A stretch of 54,691 bases of DNA, the filler included, from Sphacelaria rigidula (Eukaryota): NCBI GenBank assembly GCA_964200075.2. It is 3 parts of 3 records of this genome, joined end to end, with 100 filler letters (N's around TTAATTAATTAA, not from the genome) between each part and the next. Parts side by side here need not be neighbours in the genome. Positions count along the whole stretch, not along the records: positions 36,538 to 54,691 come from CAXNAA020000903.1; 2 more parts are not named here. One strand, 5' to 3'. The translations under genes and the position numbers were made by a program. Shown piece by piece: positions 50,502 to 54,691 of the stretch. Under the pieces are notes generated by a model. It did no database searches. It was not told the DNA's origin and saw only the letters and a program-made list of their open reading frames with translations. Position 1 is the first letter of the stretch. Every line of letters starts with the position of its first letter.

Positions 50502-51480
50502 ATGCAGTGTAGATGTCACAGCACCTCACCCCAAGCCGTGTAGGATTTCAAGGAATCGAAGTCCCACCTGCCTCATAAGGACGCAGTAATCTATTGCGAC
50601 ACTTGGGAGGTCCTTCCCTGTCGTTCGACCCATTACACGCAGCGAACAGCTGCGTAGCAAGTGTACGCTTCTTCGGCTGAAAAGCACGGTGTGACGGTGC
50701 TATCAGGCCATAGTCCGACCCTCGCCAACACTTTGTGCTGGCAGCAGACTTGGCTGCGCGGCTTGCGCGCCGGCTCCGTTTTGAGGTTTGTTACAACTCT
50801 CAAGTGTGCAAAGCTCTGCAGGCTGCTCAATGCCCAGGTAGGGTGGTGCTTCTCAAGACGATACAAAATCCAGACAAACCAGGAAGGTAGACAAGGAGTT
50901 AGCTCGAGCATAGGGCATAGATTGATATCTGCTCAACAGATGTAGGTGTGCGAGTATTTCTCCGCATACGTTACACGCCAACCGGCACATATTCTACCGA
51001 CTGTAGTCTCCACACGTACAACATGATGGGTGATGCGTGAAAACAATGCTACTGTGCTTTGACCACGTGGGGAAATGTATAGACAATTCCGTGACAGGTC
51101 TATAATTTGTGTGCAGTATAGGTCAAACCACGCGTGAGTAGCTCCTGCATCTGTGACTTACGAATTCTGTGCTCACACTGTCTCGCTGGCTATAAACTAC
51201 GCCAAGCAGCAAGAACAACTCACACGCTAATATGAGCCAGCAGTGCCCCCCGCTTGCCGCGGTTTCGGGCTCACGTTTTGTCTACAAAGCTGCCGCTGTG
51301 AAAAGTACGGATACGAATCAAGTCTTCCCGCTGCCTATACCCAGCCCATGACCTCAGCTTTCACGGTAACAACTTCATGTTGTGTCGACAGGCGCCCGGG
51401 CTTGCCTATTCGAAGCTTGCGGCCTTTTCGATCAATTATCTGTCATCAGCGCATCGTGTGTAGCACAACGTTGTGACAGC

Positions 51481-51714
51481 TAAGCACGTATCTCATCCGC
51501 CACGGGTCTGTTTGCTCCGTGCGATGGCTTGAACGATAGCTAGAGACTGTGTGAGTGTCTTCCATGTGTTGCTGTCTTCATGCGGGGCTTGTGGGACGGA
51601 TGCTGGCCGCTGACAGATGTAACAGATTACGTCAAGGCTGGCGGATGTAACAGAGTACGTCAAAGCTGGCGGATGTAACACAGTACGTCAACGCTGACGT
51701 AAATAGCAAGACCC
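51481..51714 (-). repeat. Dispersed repeat family Y, copy B (inverted, one extra 28-bp unit)
   Basis: Reverse complement of copy A up to GTGCTTA. Confidence 0.9.
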
Positions 51715-52932
51715 TATTGGAAATGTGTTGGCGCAAAGAGCAGTAGGGCAAAGGAAACCCGATGCAGAGGAAGAACTGAGAAACGAGTCTCAGACAGATG
51801 CGATCCCCGCAGTAGAGACGAAGTGCATACATATGTATGAAAGTCGCGTGTTAACCAGATCCTATGATGAGCAGCAACGTGCTGCGTGTAGTCAAACACA
51901 GGACCAACAACGGCTGAAGTAGTGTATGGCTACATGCAGCACCAAACGCTACAGCACAAGAACACTTTGTGTCCCACTACAAGTGGTCTTCCTGCGTGCA
52001 AACCACATCCGACACGACAAGAGAGGAAAAGGTGCGACTTGAGTCCTACGACAAGAGGTGGAAAGCGGAAAGCCAAGAGCAAACAAGGAAGACACTGAAA
52101 GGCCAAGTACTAGTAAGTAAACATGGCAAAAACAGCAGAGGTAAGAAGTCAGTACGCACGGTTCTATCGCAGGCAAAGCGGATGCGCAAGATAGATGACA
52201 CCGTAGGGGGTGCATAATACGTGCAAAGACATCTGAAAGCACAACAGTCAAGTTTGTAGAGCATACCGCCTGCCTGACCCCTCGTCTTTTTTTACCAACA
52301 TAGCTTCACGGAAGAATAAGCAGAGACACCAGTAGCGTGCTGTAGACTGTGTTCAGTGCAGAATGATGCACGCTCACTACAGTAGGTCGTATCGTAAAGT
52401 GTATTATCCGTGTTCAGTCCCAATCAAGTATGATTCCTCCAAGGGGCGCTAAGTACTTCGGTCCCACCCCAACTCTGTCCAGACCGAAACACCGCATGCA
52501 GCACTTCAACTGTCCAGAAACTCTCCAGCACATACTGCACCGTGATCATCGTCAACGGTTGAGATACACGACAGCACAGCAAAAACTACAGCTTATAAGT
52601 TGTGTGTTTGGGATGTGCCTTGTTCGTTGGACTCGAGACGCCATAGCCAACACATCATGAAGGTGCCAACAGAGTGTCTAGAGAGCACTGCGTGTCGACA
52701 GCATTATTTTTCGAAGAGACGAACGCCACGACAGTAATAAAGCAACTCACGCATCTAGTCCCAGCGGAGACCAAACCATCTTCAAAAAGGCCTGGAGACA
52801 CCACAACGCAGCGACAACTACAGCACAAGAGACAGCGCATGAGTGTGTTTGTGCTGCAGTACAGTGATACAGGACATGTCCCATGCGGTAGATCTTCCCC
52901 TGATTTCGGGTGGGCTCGATTTTGGTCGAGTG

Positions 52933-53137
52933 TGTAGTGCGTGAGAGAACCGCGTGCTTAGAGGACCACATCGAAATGTGAACATCCCCGTGGTTAGGGT
53001 CAGGGTTAGGGTTAAGGTTAGGGGCGTGGTACTTCCAGGGACTGACCCGATTGGTTTTGAACTACGGCGCGGTCGATCCTGAGGTGTTTTGAACTACGGC
53101 GCGGTCCTCTAAGCACGCGGTCCTCTCACGCATTACA
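52933..53137. mobile_element. 205-bp MITE with TGT...ACA ends, a 5-bp TSD and internal telomeric repeats
   Basis: 35-bp TIRs TGTAGTGCGTGAGAGAACCGCGTGCTTAGAGGACC and GGTCCTCTAAGCACGCGGTCCTCTCACGCATTACA. TSD GAGTG at 52928-52932 and 53138-53142. About five degenerate TTAGGG units at ~52992-53024. Confidence 0.85.
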
Positions 53138-54393
53138 GAGTGCCGGTTTTAAGACGCTGGGCCATATTTGCGCTTCGCGCGAAAATGATTCATGTTCACT
53201 TTGAGTTACAGTATCCCTTACTGTGGGAGCTGAACCGATAGTCAGCTGACTGGAGCACACCCAACAGACGGTGCTGACTGTACACAACAGCGATTAGCAC
53301 GAACAACGTAAAACCGCAGTGTGTCATTTTGGACCTCCGAAGCGCTTACAGAGACATGCGGTTTCGTATAAAGTTTGCTGACTACTTCTGAGATTTGAGC
53401 AACTCCCGAGGTCACGGCCTTGAAAAACGAGACGCCCTGGCCGAGAGCCTACATCGGAAAAAACGTGTACGGCGTACCGGAGAAACAGGTTTTCCGCTCC
53501 TGCACTGTACACAGTACACTTCTATTCATGTAGTCTGATGTTGTTGTTGAGGGTGCACCATGACGTTGTGATATGCTTTCCTTCCCCGGCTGTTGGGGGC
53601 GATTACAGCAGATTCGCTCCGCTTTCTACTCTCGGCATAGCTTCAAGTGCCACTCGCTATGCTCCTACCAACTCTCCAACACTGTCCAGCAGCACAACAG
53701 GGTACGCGCTGCTCGGGAGGCCGACTTTGGGCAACACTGATTGTCCAACGTTTTCAGAAAACAGTGATAAACCTCTGCACGACTGTCTGAAAATCTGGCT
53801 CACCCTGCACCTCCCACAGATAGGGATGACTTGGGGTGAGGTACAAAAGTTTGGCGCGAAGCGCGATCATCGCCGAGCGTTTAAAAATCGGCGCTCGTCA
53901 AAAAAAGGAGGACCCGTGTGAAATTAGGTAAAGAATGGGACATCAAGGCTGACAGCTGCTATCATCAACCGCTTGGGATACAGCAGCTCCGTGCTGACTC
54001 AATTTGCTTGCCCCAACCTGCGCGCGTCCACCTTGCGTGTCTTTTCTGATCACAGCACCCGACTACAACTGAACTACCAAAGACCAGCTGCACAGTCATC
54101 ACGTAAAAATTTCAACTTGTCCACAGCATCTTGATCCCACCCAAATTCTGTGCAAACCGAAACACGGCATACAGCAGTACAACTGTTCAGATCCTCTCCA
54201 GCGCACATCACGCCATGTTCGTCGTAGAGTGCTTGAATGCACAACAGTACAGCGACAACTGAATACAGCATAAGATGGGTGTGAGAAGCGCCTTGTTCGT
54301 TTGACGTGAGACGACACAGCCAACACCGACAACAGTAGTGTGTATACAGCACTGCCTGCCAAAAAACATAACTTCGCTCATTTTCTGTAAGAC

Positions 54394-54620
54394 TCTTGCT
54401 ATTTACGTCAGCGTTGACGTACTGTGTTACATCCGCCAACGTTGACGTAATCTGCTACATCCGTCAGCGTTCAGCATCCGTCCCACAAGCCCCGCATGGA
54501 CACAGCAACAGATGGGAAACACTCACACAGTCTCTAGCTATCGTTCAAGCCATCGCACGGAGCAAACAGACCCGTAGCGGATGAGACACGTGCTTATGGC
54601 AGAGTGAGCACCGCACCCCA
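54394..54620 (+). repeat. Dispersed repeat family Y, copy C
   Basis: Colinear with 50277-50501. Confidence 0.9.
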
Positions 54621-54691
54621 TAACGGATCGCCGAAATACCCTGAAATTGGATTTTCCCGTAGGACCCCAACATTTCGGTTATTGACATCCA

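Noticed and set aside
51400..51460. Hammerhead ribozyme core (CTGATGA...CGAAA on the minus strand)
   Set aside because: The stem II closing pair is C-C and no convincing stems I and III were found. Other CTGANGA hits checked also failed.
52992..53024. Chromosome end
   Set aside because: Only about five degenerate TTAGGG units, internal to a TIR element.

Overview
Eukaryotic nuclear DNA from a photosynthetic stramenopile, most likely a brown alga. This is inferred from the PsbQ'-type protein with a bipartite plastid presequence, intron-rich genes with 0.1-2 kb introns, and TTAGGG repeats. The window is not one locus. It is three contigs of nearly equal, decreasing length (1-18172, 18273-36437, 36538-54691) joined by artificial 100-nt N44-TTAATTAATTAA-N44 linkers, so synteny across the linkers should not be trusted. 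Contig 1 holds a complete 3-exon psbQ' gene and a 5'-incomplete ARMET/MANF-like gene. Contig 2 holds two intronless NADPH-cytochrome P450 reductase (CPR) paralogues facing each other. One is head-to-head with the first exon of a short-chain dehydrogenase (SDR) gene and the other with the first exon of Timeless. Between and around them are a hAT-type element with a nested tRNA-derived SINE and two Tc1/mariner-type MITEs. Contig 3 holds an mTERF gene of at least 13 exons whose 12 called introns are all phase 0, a second SINE copy, and a small TGT...ACA element carrying telomeric repeats. No clearly new biological system can be demonstrated from sequence alone. The best leads are the CPR paralogue that has lost acidic residues on its partner-docking FMN surface and shares a short divergent promoter region with an SDR, the all-phase-0 modular mTERF gene, and TIR elements filled with ~41-42 bp palindromic arrays.
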